A DNA stretch of 63,243 nucleotides, filler included, from Hyphochytrium catenoides (taxonomy: Eukaryota > Protista > Hyphochytriomycota): assembly GCA_900088475.1 (NCBI GenBank). It is 13 parts of 13 records of this genome, joined end to end, with 100 filler letters (N's around TTAATTAATTAA, not from the genome) between each part and the next. Parts side by side here need not be neighbours in the genome. Positions count along the whole stretch, not along the records: positions 23,838 to 32,958 come from FLMG01003365.1; positions 33,059 to 35,124 come from FLMG01002644.1; positions 35,225 to 36,906 come from FLMG01001639.1; 10 more parts are not named here. One strand, given 5' to 3'. Both the position numbers and the translations under genes were made by a program. The notes under the pieces are model-generated. The model saw only the letters and a list, made by a program, of their open reading frames with translations, was not told the origin of the DNA and ran no database searches. Each line of letters begins with the position of its first letter. Position 1 is the stretch's first letter. Shown piece by piece: positions 23,890 to 35,570 of this stretch.

Positions 23890-25451
23890 TCATAGGGATG
23901 ATGACTGGTACCCTTTCTCCTACCTCGGGTTTGTGCTTCATATCGGGCCAGCGTCCTCGAGAGGACTATCTTTTAGCTTCGCAGCTTTTGGGTCTCTGTC
24001 CGCAGCACGAGCTTCTTTGGCCATCTCTTACCTGCGAAGAGCATCTGCTCTATTTCTGCAGGCTCAGAGGTAAGAGCTAATGATTTTAGTTTATCCACAA
24101 CCAAACTTTTAGGCATTGGTCAGCATTGGTGTCTGGCACCGGAGCAAAGGTTGAATGTCATTCATGCTTGCAAAAAGCCCATATCCGTTTTATTAGGTGG
24201 CATATCTACCCACCGATGGGTCCATCTACTACTTCAAACACCTGCTCTTCGCCCTTGTTCTATTACTAAGTCCTTATGTGTCTCAGGAGTGCCACTACGA
24301 ACCGAAAGGGTTGTGGTCAGACATATTCTAACAGCGGTGGGTCTTGTTGGCGCAAGAAGAAAGAAGGTCAAAGAACTGAGCGGAGGAATGAAGAGAAAAC
24401 TTGCACTTGGGATAGCCATCACGGGGCATTGCAGGGCACTCATACTTGACGAGCCCACAGCTGGTAAGAACGCAATTGAGAGAAAGGATAACGCGCTGCT
24501 AGGGACCACTTGAAATCACAAAATGAAACTCATATAACCTGTCCAGGACTGGACCCTGTCTCAAAGCGGGATATATGGAAGATTGTGGCACAATCCAACG
24601 AGAGAAGTAAGGATGTTAAGCGAGGTACGAGGCGCCTTCTTGAAAATTCTTGGTCTCTCCAGCTGGCCTAAGGGTTATCTGCCCTCTTGGTGGCTCTCTC
24701 GGGTACAGGTGTCCTATTGTGCACCCACGACATGGAGGAAGGTGAGTTTGTATGACAGAGTACGGCCCCTTCTTAACACTAACCGCCCGTCTCGCTGTGC
24801 TGTCGACATCCTTATATGCAACAATGGCCTCCTCCGCAGCTGAGCAGCTATGCTCTCGAGTGGGGATGATGACAGACGGAAGGCTACGCTGTTTAGGCCA
24901 CCCAATGGCGTTGAAGTCTAGGTACTGTCCTGGGCACAGGGTGATCCTTAAAGTCAAGCAGGGCCAAGAGGACACAGGGAAGCACTTTGTGACAAGTCGG
25001 CTGAATGAATCGATACTCACTGACCATCAGGTACAAGCAGCGGAACCAGATGTTCGCTTTGCTCTATCCTCCTGACAGGATAGTCCTTGGCGCCTCCCTC
25101 TTTGAGATTTCTATAAAGCCTTTTAGTCTTCTACATCGCGCTTTTTCTTTGGCAACAATCTCTGGTACATGAAGTGGTTGCATCGAATCACCTAAATGTT
25201 CTTCCAAATTTATATATTTACAGGCGGCACGCTAACGAAAATGTCACTCTCACTCTGACAATGTTGAATCGTCCTCACAGGGGAAGAACGCTCAAATCCA
25301 TCTTCTAGTGCCTCTCAAAGTACCTCTGTCAGAGATTTTTCAAGTTTTTCAGAGTGACTATCAGGCACATGGTATTATCGACTGGACTATTGGCAGCCAG
25401 ACTTTGGAGGATGTGTTTGAGGCCGTTGCAGAACAGTACGCCCACAGTTGA
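23890..25451 (+). CDS. ABC transporter subfamily A, last NBD and C-terminus (5'-truncated), 6 exons
   Basis: GMMTG...PTSG, LGLCPQHELLWPSLTCEEHL, signature LSGGMKRKL, Walker B LILDEPTAGLDP, H-loop CTHDMEEAEQLCSRVGMM, C-terminal GIIDWTIGSQTLEDVF, TGA at 25449-25451. Confidence 0.92.
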
Positions 25452-25888
25452 GGGGTTATGGATGTCCTTCTAGTGCTTCTACTTCGCGACTCGAGCACAG
25501 TTCTGCACGAAGGCAGGCAGCCGAGCTCGTCATGAAACGGCACGAGCAGCCAGGACTATTGTCGCCCTGCAACACCACAACGTTTGAGGAAACCTCGAAA
25601 AATATTCTTCTTGGATCAGGTGCACATAGTCTTCGGACTTAGACCTAACTGGTGTGAGGACACGGGGTAGAAAAGGTTCTGAAAAGTCCGGAGGTGAAGA
25701 TAAGAAGGTTCTACAAAGTCTTGGATACCCAGAAGATAACATCAGATAGCTGCGCGACAAGTCGATGGCCATTATGCATGGAACGAGCATCACAGAGAGT
25801 AACAATCAACGCCTGATGTTAAATAAATACGAAGGTAGCTTCTATAAATTAAGGGGGAGGAGGCCCATCCAACAACCTTGCTGGGTAG

Positions 25889-27335
25889 CTATAATGCAGT
25901 GATTTTGACAGGGTTCTGCTTTTCCTTGGGCAATTTGCTGACAAGCTTGTCCTTCTCTTTTTGTTGGCGCCGTGCTTGCTTTAGCTCTGCCCTCTCCTGC
26001 CATGTCTTTCCGACACTGTTGACTAAACTAACGGTTTTTGCTGGTTTCTGGGCACCTTTCTCCTTCTTTTTAGTGCCATGGTTGGGAGAGGTGCTGTTCT
26101 TTTCTGATGGCATGTTGATCCCAAACATCTGGCTAACGCCAGCAATCATAGCTGGCTCCGGGTCCGGTTCTCGATGGTTCTCGTAGCGGTGTTCAGACCT
26201 CAGATGTCGCCGCCTCACTGATTGAAAAGAGTGCTCTTCCGAGAGCGATACGCGCAGAATGACGCGCTCTCCATCCGCATCAGTCACTTCATGGGCTTCC
26301 TCTAGGCTGTTCTGATAGAGTAACCGCCCCAGACGCATAGCTTGCAGCTTGTCCAACATGCTTACGCGGTCCGAGATCACATTAGCAAGGTACGCGGCAT
26401 CCGACGGTCTAAGAAATTCAAAGACCCAAGGGTTCGGGTCCTCAATAGGATCTGGGTGTATGGTAACCACGGTTCTGCCGTCTTTATAGTCAACTCTGAT
26501 GATCCGGAGAGTGATCGATGGCAGAGCATATGGAGAGATAGAAGATATAGAGCAAGTAAGAATAGGAGAAGGGATGGCATGGAGGGCAGTGACGGATGAT
26601 TAGCAAGCTTTCGAGACTTTTTCTGCCATCAAGAGCCATTACCTGCTGGTTCTCGTTATACGCATCCACTTTTTGGGGGGATCTCCGTGGTTATTAGAAT
26701 AGTAAAAGACAGGGCTCAACCCGCCCTCAATGGTCAAGTAACGGATGTTGCACTGATAGGGGAAAGCCTTGGCTCTCTTCAACGCCCTGCACGTTCCACG
26801 TTAGGATCAAGTACAGAAATCATAAAGCCATCAAGGGCGCATACGTACTTGAGATGGACCCAAGGTGCGTTGATATACATCTCAGCAGTTTCCTCGAATA
26901 TGATTCCTCCGGCACGCATAGCTGGGTTAGGTCTGGTCACAGGTCTGACAATAGGAAGCTTCGGATAGCTTTGCACTTCTGCCGCCTCACTAATCATTGC
27001 AACCATCGCTTGATCAGCCTCCTGCAAGTTCATCAAATGCTCATCCAGGAACTCTTCCTGACGAGTCATGGGGTTTATTGGATTGATGCAGGCGGCCATT
27101 GGACCGTTGCACCACACGGGTCTCTTCTGTGACTCTCCTGCTTATACGCTGCTTTCAGGCTATTCTTCTTCCTTCTGTCTGCAAAAGCACGCCGCTCTCT
27201 TCAGTGTTCAGACAGATATTAGGTGCAGCTTGAGCTTCACTTGTCCACCACGAGACCAGGTGTCTGCAGCAGAGGCCAAATTCTGTGCTGTCACAGCCGC
27301 GATGATGAAGCTTTGGAAGGCCAACTCTGTCTACC
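25889..27335 (-). CDS. Multi-exon gene encoding a probable PH-fold protein with a basic C-terminus; 5' end uncertain
   Basis: Spliced segment IIFEETAEMYINAPWVHLK|ALKRAKAFPYQCNIRYLTIEGGLSPVFYYSNNHGDPPKKWMRITRTSR|VDYKDGRTVVTIHPD...WVFEFLRPSDAAYLANVISDRV has the beta-strand plus C-terminal helix pattern of PH domains. Confidence 0.55.
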
Positions 27336-30300
27336 TATTGCCTTTTTACTGCGTGTTTTATACAGTAACAGACAGTGGGATGGGGGCCGCACCACTCGTG
27401 CCGCCGCTCTCTTTGACACTGTCCCGTCCACACTAACAGACAGCGTTTTCCCCCGTCTAACATTATGAAGGTAAGAGTCGGATGAACGACAAGGACAGAG
27501 GAGTTTCTCACCCATTTTCCCAATCTTTTTCCCTCTCTTGTCTTCCCTTCTTCTTTTCCTATCTCTCCTCCTACTCTGTCTCTCTCTAGCCCATTTCTTA
27601 ACCACTACAGCCGCCTCTCTCTCCCTTTCTCGCTCACTATCTTGCTATCGTTCTCGCGCTTTTCAGAAATTTTTGTCTTTCGTTTCTTCCTCGTCTTTTG
27701 AGGGTTTGGTGCCATTTTGTCTTCTGTCTCTCCCTCTATGTTCCTCCACCTCCACCTCCCTGACTCTGTCTCGCAATTCTCTCTTGTCCAAGACTCAGGC
27801 CCCCAAGAAGTATCATCAGTCATACGTATGCCTCTCCCACCCGCCATTCGTTGTCCCTTTAGAGGTTTTCAGCTGAGAAGAGTCCCATCCAGCCCCTGAT
27901 CCATCCTGTCTAGATATTATTATGGCAACACTGACACCGAAAGACTGGTGGTGTAGATATCAGACTGTATTATTACCCATGCTGCGTGGTCCTTACTTCT
28001 TATCAGCAAGTACCGCCGATCGGAAATAGAGCTCTGAGATCAGTTTCGTTTCTAGAATAGAGAGGGGTCGTTTCTACGATAGTGAGGGACTTGGGACCTG
28101 GGTTCATGGTTCAACCTACAGCAGCACTGTACGCAGACAGAGAATAACAACACTGCATGCTAATAAGCCGTCTGATTAGAGATAATACAGCATCAAGGCG
28201 GACCCATCATGGATAACGTGCTATTCCCGCTATTCCGTCCTAAATATTGAAGTTGAAGTCTGATACATAACTTGGCAGAGGGTTGCCCTTCTTCTTGGTC
28301 TGATGTGGGCTTGTTTGTCATCATGCGATACACACAGATCTTTGGTATCAAAGGACTTGGGTCATACAGTCCAAGAGAGGAGATGAGGTCAAGAGGCTGT
28401 GGGCCAGGCTTCAGAATATAGTCAGAATGGCGCTGGGTTCCATCTTCAACTCCCTCCTTCTCCATATCCAGAGTTGCTTGCGCAGGACAAAGCGCCCGTA
28501 ACCAGGCAGTTGTTGCCAGCATCATTTCTTGGGCAACGTAGGCCAGCCTCGCACACCAGGCTCCGAATGCTGTTCCCATACAGTCACAATGGATCCAGCA
28601 GTGACTGTGCGTCTGCTACTGTGCGTCTGCTGAGGACCAGTTTAAGGCTCAATGATGATAGGACATGAAGTCGTATAGTCAGGGAAACGACACCTGTTGT
28701 GCATAATAGCAGAAGGGTCACTAGAGGAGATCGTGCAGAGGATCTCATCTCTTGTGACTAAGCTCGTGACACTTCTCGTTTAGTGAGAAATGAGGAAAGT
28801 AGATGAAAAAGATCTTTCCTAGGAAGTAGTAGTGTAGTGCGGCCCTACTGTTAGACGAGACTTATCAACCCATGTCCGTTCTATATATAGTCCGCAGTCA
28901 TAGCAATCAGCCAGCTTGGATAAGTCACGTTATTATTTGAGAGAATGAAGTCTCCTTGTTCATATCGGTTCTGTCACTTTGTCCACGAATTGTTCCCCAA
29001 AAGCCCTCTATTTCCTCGCCATGCTCCTGCTTGTGCAAGAGAGTAATACAAGGATGTAAGGCTAACCTTATAACCAGTCCTTGTAAGCCATCTTTGTGAT
29101 GGCTCACTCATCGTTGGATATACTCTACTGCGCTCTGCCTCAGACAGTAGTGGGAGGAGCTGTGGCATCTGCCCGTTCCTGGGTCGCAAGTGGCTCTGGA
29201 TACGGACGCCTAACCACATGCCCGCAAAGCAAGCCCTTTGATTGCCCAGCCGTATTTCCCTGCCACATCATCAAGGAACGGGATCAATCCATATCACTCA
29301 ATCATGGTGCATAGAGTTCGAAGCAGAGGAGAGTGAAGGCCGTCAAAGTCGTTGGTGAGGGGTGGTGTTTTTGCACCCGGAGCCAACACAGCGGTCCTCT
29401 ACCTCTTCTTGTCTGTTATTAGGACCTGCTCGTAGCACCAATCATTCGTCATCCAATCCTCTCACTAAAATATACCTTTAGATTGGCTGGGCTCTTGCTG
29501 CTTTCGGATGGAGCTAGAGTTGAACACATGCATGGAGTAGTAACAGCGAAGAGGAATCTTCTAGGACAGGCTACTATCCAATCCGCTGGTCCGTTTGCGT
29601 CTGGACTATGACGATGTGGCTCATTTCTCTACAAGCCTCTTTCTGCTGTCATCAGTTCATGCTTACTTGCAGCTCCTTCTCATGTCAAGAGAAAGAGTCG
29701 CCAAATCAAGGTAAACTTTGCAGCGGGCCATGAACAACAACGATTGCACTCTAGGAGCAACACAGATAGAGACAAGCAGCTTTCATGCATCAGATATTCC
29801 GATCACTCTTTCACATAAAGAGGGTTAAAAGAAAGTTAAGGGCGGTTAGCCTGCATCCACATATTATCATGCTGACGAGGCAGTGGTCAGTCAACACATG
29901 CTAGAATCACATTGTATCTGCGAGCTGAGAACTCTACTCTACTTCGACACATCATCGAATCATACAGTAGCCTCGCAGCCATCAAAATCTTACCAAGGTA
30001 TAGTCGTCTAAACCGGGGTGTTAGAATTCTATAGCTTGAAAGAGACCGTGAAGGGAAAGAGTTCCAACCACGACAATCGAGGGCATTAGACTTTGCACTC
30101 GGGAATCCACTGTTGGAAACCTTGCTGTGCGACTTAACTTCACCTTCGATCCTTTTCTCTTTGTAACGATGTGTGGATGGCGGACATCATCTTTGTTGAA
30201 ATGAGGCGAATGAGACTGAGTGATCTTCAGTTCTTCACTCTTTTAATCTAACTGATGCCTGGACTGCTGGACTGAGAAGTGTCAAGATAGAACAACGTGG

Positions 30301-33058
30301 CCACATCTGATTGATCAGACCACTAATTCGCAATAGCCCTTGTGTCCTAGAGGAGGTGAAGCTCATTCGCATCAGCCTTCGTCGGGTACTACGGTCAAAA
30401 TGGTATCATGTGTCTCGTACATCATATATAGATGGTGCTCTCCATTAAAAGGCAGGCGCTTCCTCTTGCTAACTAGACAGCTACCCGGGACCCGAGGCCC
30501 AACTACGGAGCCGCCGCCCTATGAGGCTCTTTGTGACACAGTCATGGACGTGGATGAGTTGGCTTATGCTAGAAACGCAACAGTGGGCTGGGTGGAGAAG
30601 TGATAATAGTCGATGAAGCATGCTCTATCGAACCATCAAGTACCCTCATCATACTTTGCCAACCAATGGGAGGGGCGTCGCCTCCGCGGTTAACTACAAA
30701 GTCTTATAAGATTAAGCACCAGAGAGGTCTCCCACAACCAGGGACCCTCTGTGCTACTTCTGACTTCACGATTTAAGCCCGGGCAGGCCTGCCAGTAGTC
30801 CAGACCTCTCGAAAAGCACGCAGTCAACCGAGTGCCTGCTTGAACATCCAACAGAGGTATTGAAGACACCAAACAAAGGTATTGAAGACTCCTATTAAGA
30901 GAGAATATATGTAAGCGTCACAAAACGACGGACCCACCTCGCTCGAAGAAGACATCTGACGCCTCATGCAATGACGTGGCTATCTCTTTCCCTACCATGC
31001 TTGCTACATCCGATGCCTAGAGTGAGGGCGCTGTCGCCGTGATCTCATTGCCCATAACAACCAATCGCAAGCCCAGGATTTTTTAGTGTCAGCACAGACA
31101 TTTATTGATGGGACAATCGAGACCAAGAGGGTCAACTTCTTCTTGCTCTCTTGATGCTGATATCTAAAGTTGACAACGCGATGGATACTCAGTTGAATGA
31201 CTGCGACCTCGGCCGACCCAGTGTGACGAGGAGAGCCTGGACATGACGAGCACTGCACCTAGAAGTTGAGGAGGTAACTGACAAGTAGGTGCAACTTGTG
31301 TGAGAGGAACGGATCTTTGTGGGAGAACAATAGCTATGGTTGACTGCGCATCTGCAAATCAGTATCCATGGCACGGAGCCTCTTTTATGAGGCAAAGTGG
31401 GCTATTCGGACATCAGGTGCAGTGACACAGGCCATGACGACACCTGGAAGAATAAGTCAAAAGGATCGCATGGCTGGTCTCAGTTTCTCAGAACAATCGC
31501 CTAATAAGGCAGAAACAACTGAACGTGGCAGAGTGACTGATAGGAATAGAAAGGGAGAGGTTTTATTGGATAAACTTAGGCTCTTGGACCTTGTCCTCCC
31601 TATCCCGTGCTACTGGATTCCTCGTCCAATAGCGTACTCACGATGATGCGGTCCTGTACTCTTCCCGTTCCTTCCGTCATTGGGCAGATTAGAAGAGCCG
31701 ATGACCAGGGGAGGGAGAACTTCCTTGGTGATTTTGTCTCTGCAGACGAATCTTCTACTCGTACTTTCCTACCACTGAAGACAATTGTGGATGAGAAGAC
31801 GTCCAACCTTTGGATGTGCACTTCGGATCTCTTCAAGCTTTATTTATAACCTCGTACATGTTTGGAACATACTTTGCCATGTTGCTATCTTCTCTCATCC
31901 CACAAGAAACAAGGAAGCAGAGGAGAGATCAAGCTTCAACTCTCCTGAATGGTGAGACAGTAAAGAGAAGAGGAGGTTGAAGATCTCACTGTGTAGAAGT
32001 TGGGGTGCCAGCAGTTAGGGCCAAAGAAGTCCGACGACTGCGACAGTAATACCAGCCAAAAGGAAGCTTTAGATTCAAACCGTATTGGCCCCTGTTGGTA
32101 AAAGGGGAGAAAGAGAGATGCTAGCCACTCAGTGGTCTAAGTCTTTGAATGTCTTTCGCTCTCTCCTTCCAGCTTTATTTCTTCATTTCCTACCTCCTGA
32201 CAGCAACAGCGCGACGGGAGGATATGAAGATCTGCTGGTCATGATAGTGTTATCTACTGTTGAATTGTCTATTTTAGTGGCTTGCTCTCCCTCTTCCTCC
32301 TCTGGTGTGCTGTCTGTACCATTGCTGCCGTCTGCTTTTTAGTGCACAGGAAGGGTGGGGAAGGGGGTTTGGACAGTTGAACGCAGTCTTTTGATGTGGA
32401 AGGAGGACAAGATGTGTGACGTCCTGCTTTCATAGTTCCCAAGGAAGTTTGAAGGAAGCCGTCACTTCTCATCCCTCTGTGATGACTCAAGATACATGGA
32501 AGTCGTGATGCATGTCAGTCAGGATGATTGGCCACCCGCCATGCACTGCTACGGAGAGTAAGGAAACACGAACAGGGACGATGATGAAGTTCGAAAATAG
32601 AAGGAGCAATGAGGGAGATAGCTTTTAGCAAGGAAGAGAGGAGGCAAGGGTTGGACTCCAATTTGACTGTTGATTATGACGCTCCCAGCCACAAACACTT
32701 CCGCCCATAACGTCTACGCCTCAAAATGGAGACCCGCTATCCACCGAGCTTTGGACTTAATATTGTCGAAGTTTGACTGGTGGTGGGGTCGTGAAGTGCA
32801 GCTGCCTCTTCTCTCACCCTCTGTCCCTCCCAACTTGCTATGTTATACCAAAGGGGAACGTTGGACTTTCCAGTGCATGTCATCTCTTGGCTTAGGAACT
32901 TGGTGGGACAGTTGGAGCTCCACACGGAGTTCCGCACCAATCAAGGATCTGCCAAAGANNNNNNNNNNNNNNNNNNNNNNNNNNNNNNNNNNNNNNNNNN
33001 NNTTAATTAATTAANNNNNNNNNNNNNNNNNNNNNNNNNNNNNNNNNNNNNNNNNNNN

Positions 33059-34415
33059 ATCGGTCCGTTACAGAAAAACTTCATCAAGCATTGTTCATGC
33101 TCTCCTCTCTTCGACACTGTTATGTCCGCGATCACACAGATCTCGCTTCGTCACTGCTGCTTTGGTCAGTTCGCTTCTTCTTTCTCTGATTTCTCCTAAT
33201 CCCAGCCCCAGCGCTCTCTTCTTCGTCTTTCTCCTCCTCGTCATCTTCTTCAGAGCCGTACGACGACTCCTCTTCTGCCTCAGGTCCTCTTTGACGCGTT
33301 TCGTGTAGGTCCGCTTCTGGCTAGAGATTCTGATAGAAGGAAGGTTCTTCCTTTTATGCCAGGTCTCAGTACAGGCAATGCGTGAGCCTGGGGCAAGCGT
33401 GGAACAGTTACTCGTAGGTATTCCATTTATGTTATCTGTTCTGTGCTGATAGAGAAGAACGCGAGCAGAAAAATGATGTCTTGAGACAACGCTCGTCATA
33501 GTACCAGTGCACCGATGGGCACGAGCAATGAACCAGTCAGCGCACCGTTGCCCAGCGGTCAGAGGAAACACCTTCTCTTTGATCCTAGGCTCGAGCAATA
33601 GCTGACCCTCTGACTTCTGAGAGGATGGATAGAACAAGCAGTTTATGGCATCAAACGTGGCTCTAAGGAGTATTGGAGTATGATGATCAATAAGGTGAAC
33701 GGCATCACTAGCTGCAAACAAATGTTACCTTCATTGAAAACAGCAACCCATTTATGAATAAAGGGAGGGATGTCAGGCCAGGAAATGTAAATTCGCAACA
33801 GCTTCGTCAAGGTCTTATCTCCTCTCTCTCTCTCACAGCTATGGCGTGGACCTTCTGAGAAGAACCCCTTGACTCTCCTGTCACTGCTACAGTCTTAGAG
33901 GCGCTGCAGACTAGGGTCCCAGTAGAGGGCCATCAGGTATCTTTCACTTAGGATGTCTTTCCCCCGAGTCTGGCAGGTCTCCACGCAAAATCTCGGCGTC
34001 CGAGTCCTTACTGGCACTGGAGGAAGGTGGTGGATTGTACTGTCTTGAAGAGCAGAAGGGATGGTGGTTCACTAAGCGAATCGGAACTATAAAAGCGCAC
34101 CCCAAGCCCCTGCTCCATAGATAGTCAGGTGTCAGTGACCTTTCGCTCATACCCAATAAAATGTTACCTACATTATTGCTAGTACGCTTTCTACCAGCTT
34201 GGCCTGCAGTATCCTCGATCCATGGTGATAATACCCCCTCTCCAGCTCTGAGGATGCTCCTCTTTTATAGTCTCTGAAAGCTTTCTCACCGACCGATCTT
34301 GATCTTCTCCTCTTCGCTTGAACCTACTGGAGCGCACCACCCGAGTAAAACTGTCGGCAACTACATCCATACTGTGGCCTTCCTTGCCAGCGTTTCTCTG
34401 ATTAAGGCTCTTGAC
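33059..34415 (-). mobile_element. Decayed, intron-containing piggyBac-like DDE transposase with a YqaJ/lambda-exonuclease-like motif
   Basis: In order: VKSLNQRNAGKEGHSMDVVADSFTRVV...RFKRRGEDQ...IITMDRGY; GLGCAFIVP...HHPF; IPDGPLLG; KVHAIAVRE(frameshift)RGDKTLTKLLRI...KWVAV; PLTAGQRCADWFIARAHRCTGT. Several stops and frameshifts. Confidence 0.65.
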
Positions 34416-34455
34416 CTAGTGAACAGTTGGAAGGGCGATTATTTCACCTCATGAG

Positions 34456-34658
34456 TGTTAGATTTTATCATTTGGTGGTGAGCACTCTGAATTAATTGGG
34501 GGGTGTCTGGATATACCGGAGAAAAGTTTTGTACGCTCCGGGATTGGACCCAGGACCTCTGTCGTCTTTGATGCCGACACCCTAACCAGTATGCACCATA
34601 CACCAAACGTACTCTTGACGAACTCAAAGTGCTCACCATCAAATGATAAAATCTAACA
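34456..34658. mobile_element. 203-bp TG...CA unit with 38-bp terminal inverted repeats
   Basis: 34456-34493 TGTTAGATTTTATCATTTGGTGGTGAGCACTCTGAATT matches the reverse complement of 34621-34658 at 35 of 38 positions; all three differences are transitions. Confidence 0.85.
34531..34612 (-). ncRNA. tRNA-like (pseudo-tRNA) cloverleaf inside the TIR unit
   Basis: Acceptor GTACGTT/AGCGTAC; D-stem GTGT/ATAC with a GG loop (A-box-like TGGTGTATGG); anticodon stem TGTCG/CGACA with a 10-nt loop; variable GAGGTC; T-stem CTGGG/CCCGG (B-box-like GGGTCCAATCCC); TTTT just downstream. Confidence 0.7.
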
Positions 34659-34740
34659 TGTACGTCTATGTCCCTGAGAGCTAGGTGTGTATAGAGAGTG
34701 ACCACTGTACTACTGACAACAAACATGGTAGCACTCAGCA

Positions 34741-34750
34741 CTCCCCCTCA
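34741..34750 (-). promoter_or_regulatory. Copia polypurine tract directly followed by TG (3' LTR start at 34740)
   Basis: The minus strand reads TGAGGGGGAG|TGCTGAG. An identical TGAGGGGGAG lies at 34822-34831. Confidence 0.7.
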
Positions 34751-34797
34751 TATCTAGCTTCTCTGGATCATCCGTGGTGAGGGTCGAATTAACTCAC

Positions 34798-35124
34798 CTA
34801 ATTGACGCTCTCACTCACTCTCTCCCCCTCAGATGAAGCTAGGTGGGTAGTGGCAAGAGTACTGACACTAGGAGGGAGCACTCCAAGGTGAGGACGCAGT
34901 GTCCGAAAGAGAGGAGCAGGTAAAGGCTTGGTGGTGAGGCAATCGGCTACCATAGCTGTAGAGGGAGTATAGACCAGCTTAAATTTCCCATTATTGGCGA
35001 CCTTCTCTTGCAGGACACAGTGCTTGACATCTAAAGTCTTTGACTTTGGTTGTGAAGAGGAGCAGAAGAGGACAATTGCGCTTTGGTTGTCCTGATTAAT
35101 AGGGATGGGCAGCTGGTTGGAGAA
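34798..35124 (-). mobile_element. Ty1/Copia RNase H C-terminus (open frame to TAG)
   Basis: PIPINQDNQSAIVL...SKTLDVKH...EKV...KLVYTPSTAMVADCLTTKPLPAPLFRTLRPHLGV carries the Copia DNQSAI, K.IDVK and MVAD.LTK motifs. Confidence 0.88.
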
Positions 35125-35532
35125 NNNNNNNNNNNNNNNNNNNNNNNNNNNNNNNNNNNNNNNNNNNNTTAATTAATTAANNNNNNNNNNNNNNNNNNNN
35201 NNNNNNNNNNNNNNNNNNNNNNNNTTTTAACAATGAAAAGCAGCGGCCGCATTGAGCTCAAACGAATGTTGGATGGGATATCTCTCTCAGGTGGTGACTC
35301 AATCTGCCCACGCAGAGAAATCTTCATGATCCCAGGTCAATAGAACTAGTGGCAGCGCATGGTACCTGTCGCGGTGGTTGATCAGCTTTGAGAAAGGCTC
35401 TACAACTACTCGAGGGAGTACTGGACCTGCGAAGAAGTATATTCCGTCGAATAACAGTGCATTCTTAGTGTTACGCTCTTAGTTAATGGGCGGCGTCATC
35501 CGCTTATGAAGGGCCCACAGTTGTTATTCCTG

Positions 35533-35570
<38 letters not shown>

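Noticed and set aside
34531-34612. Functional tRNA gene
   Set aside because: The 10-nt anticodon loop, 6-nt T-loop without TTC and 9-nt D/anticodon spacer leave no assignable anticodon; treated as tRNA-derived.
34439-34741. ORF MLSATMFVVSS... as an upstream exon of the transposase
   Set aside because: It starts exactly at the PPT/TG boundary and spans the TIR unit, so it is better explained as LTR sequence.
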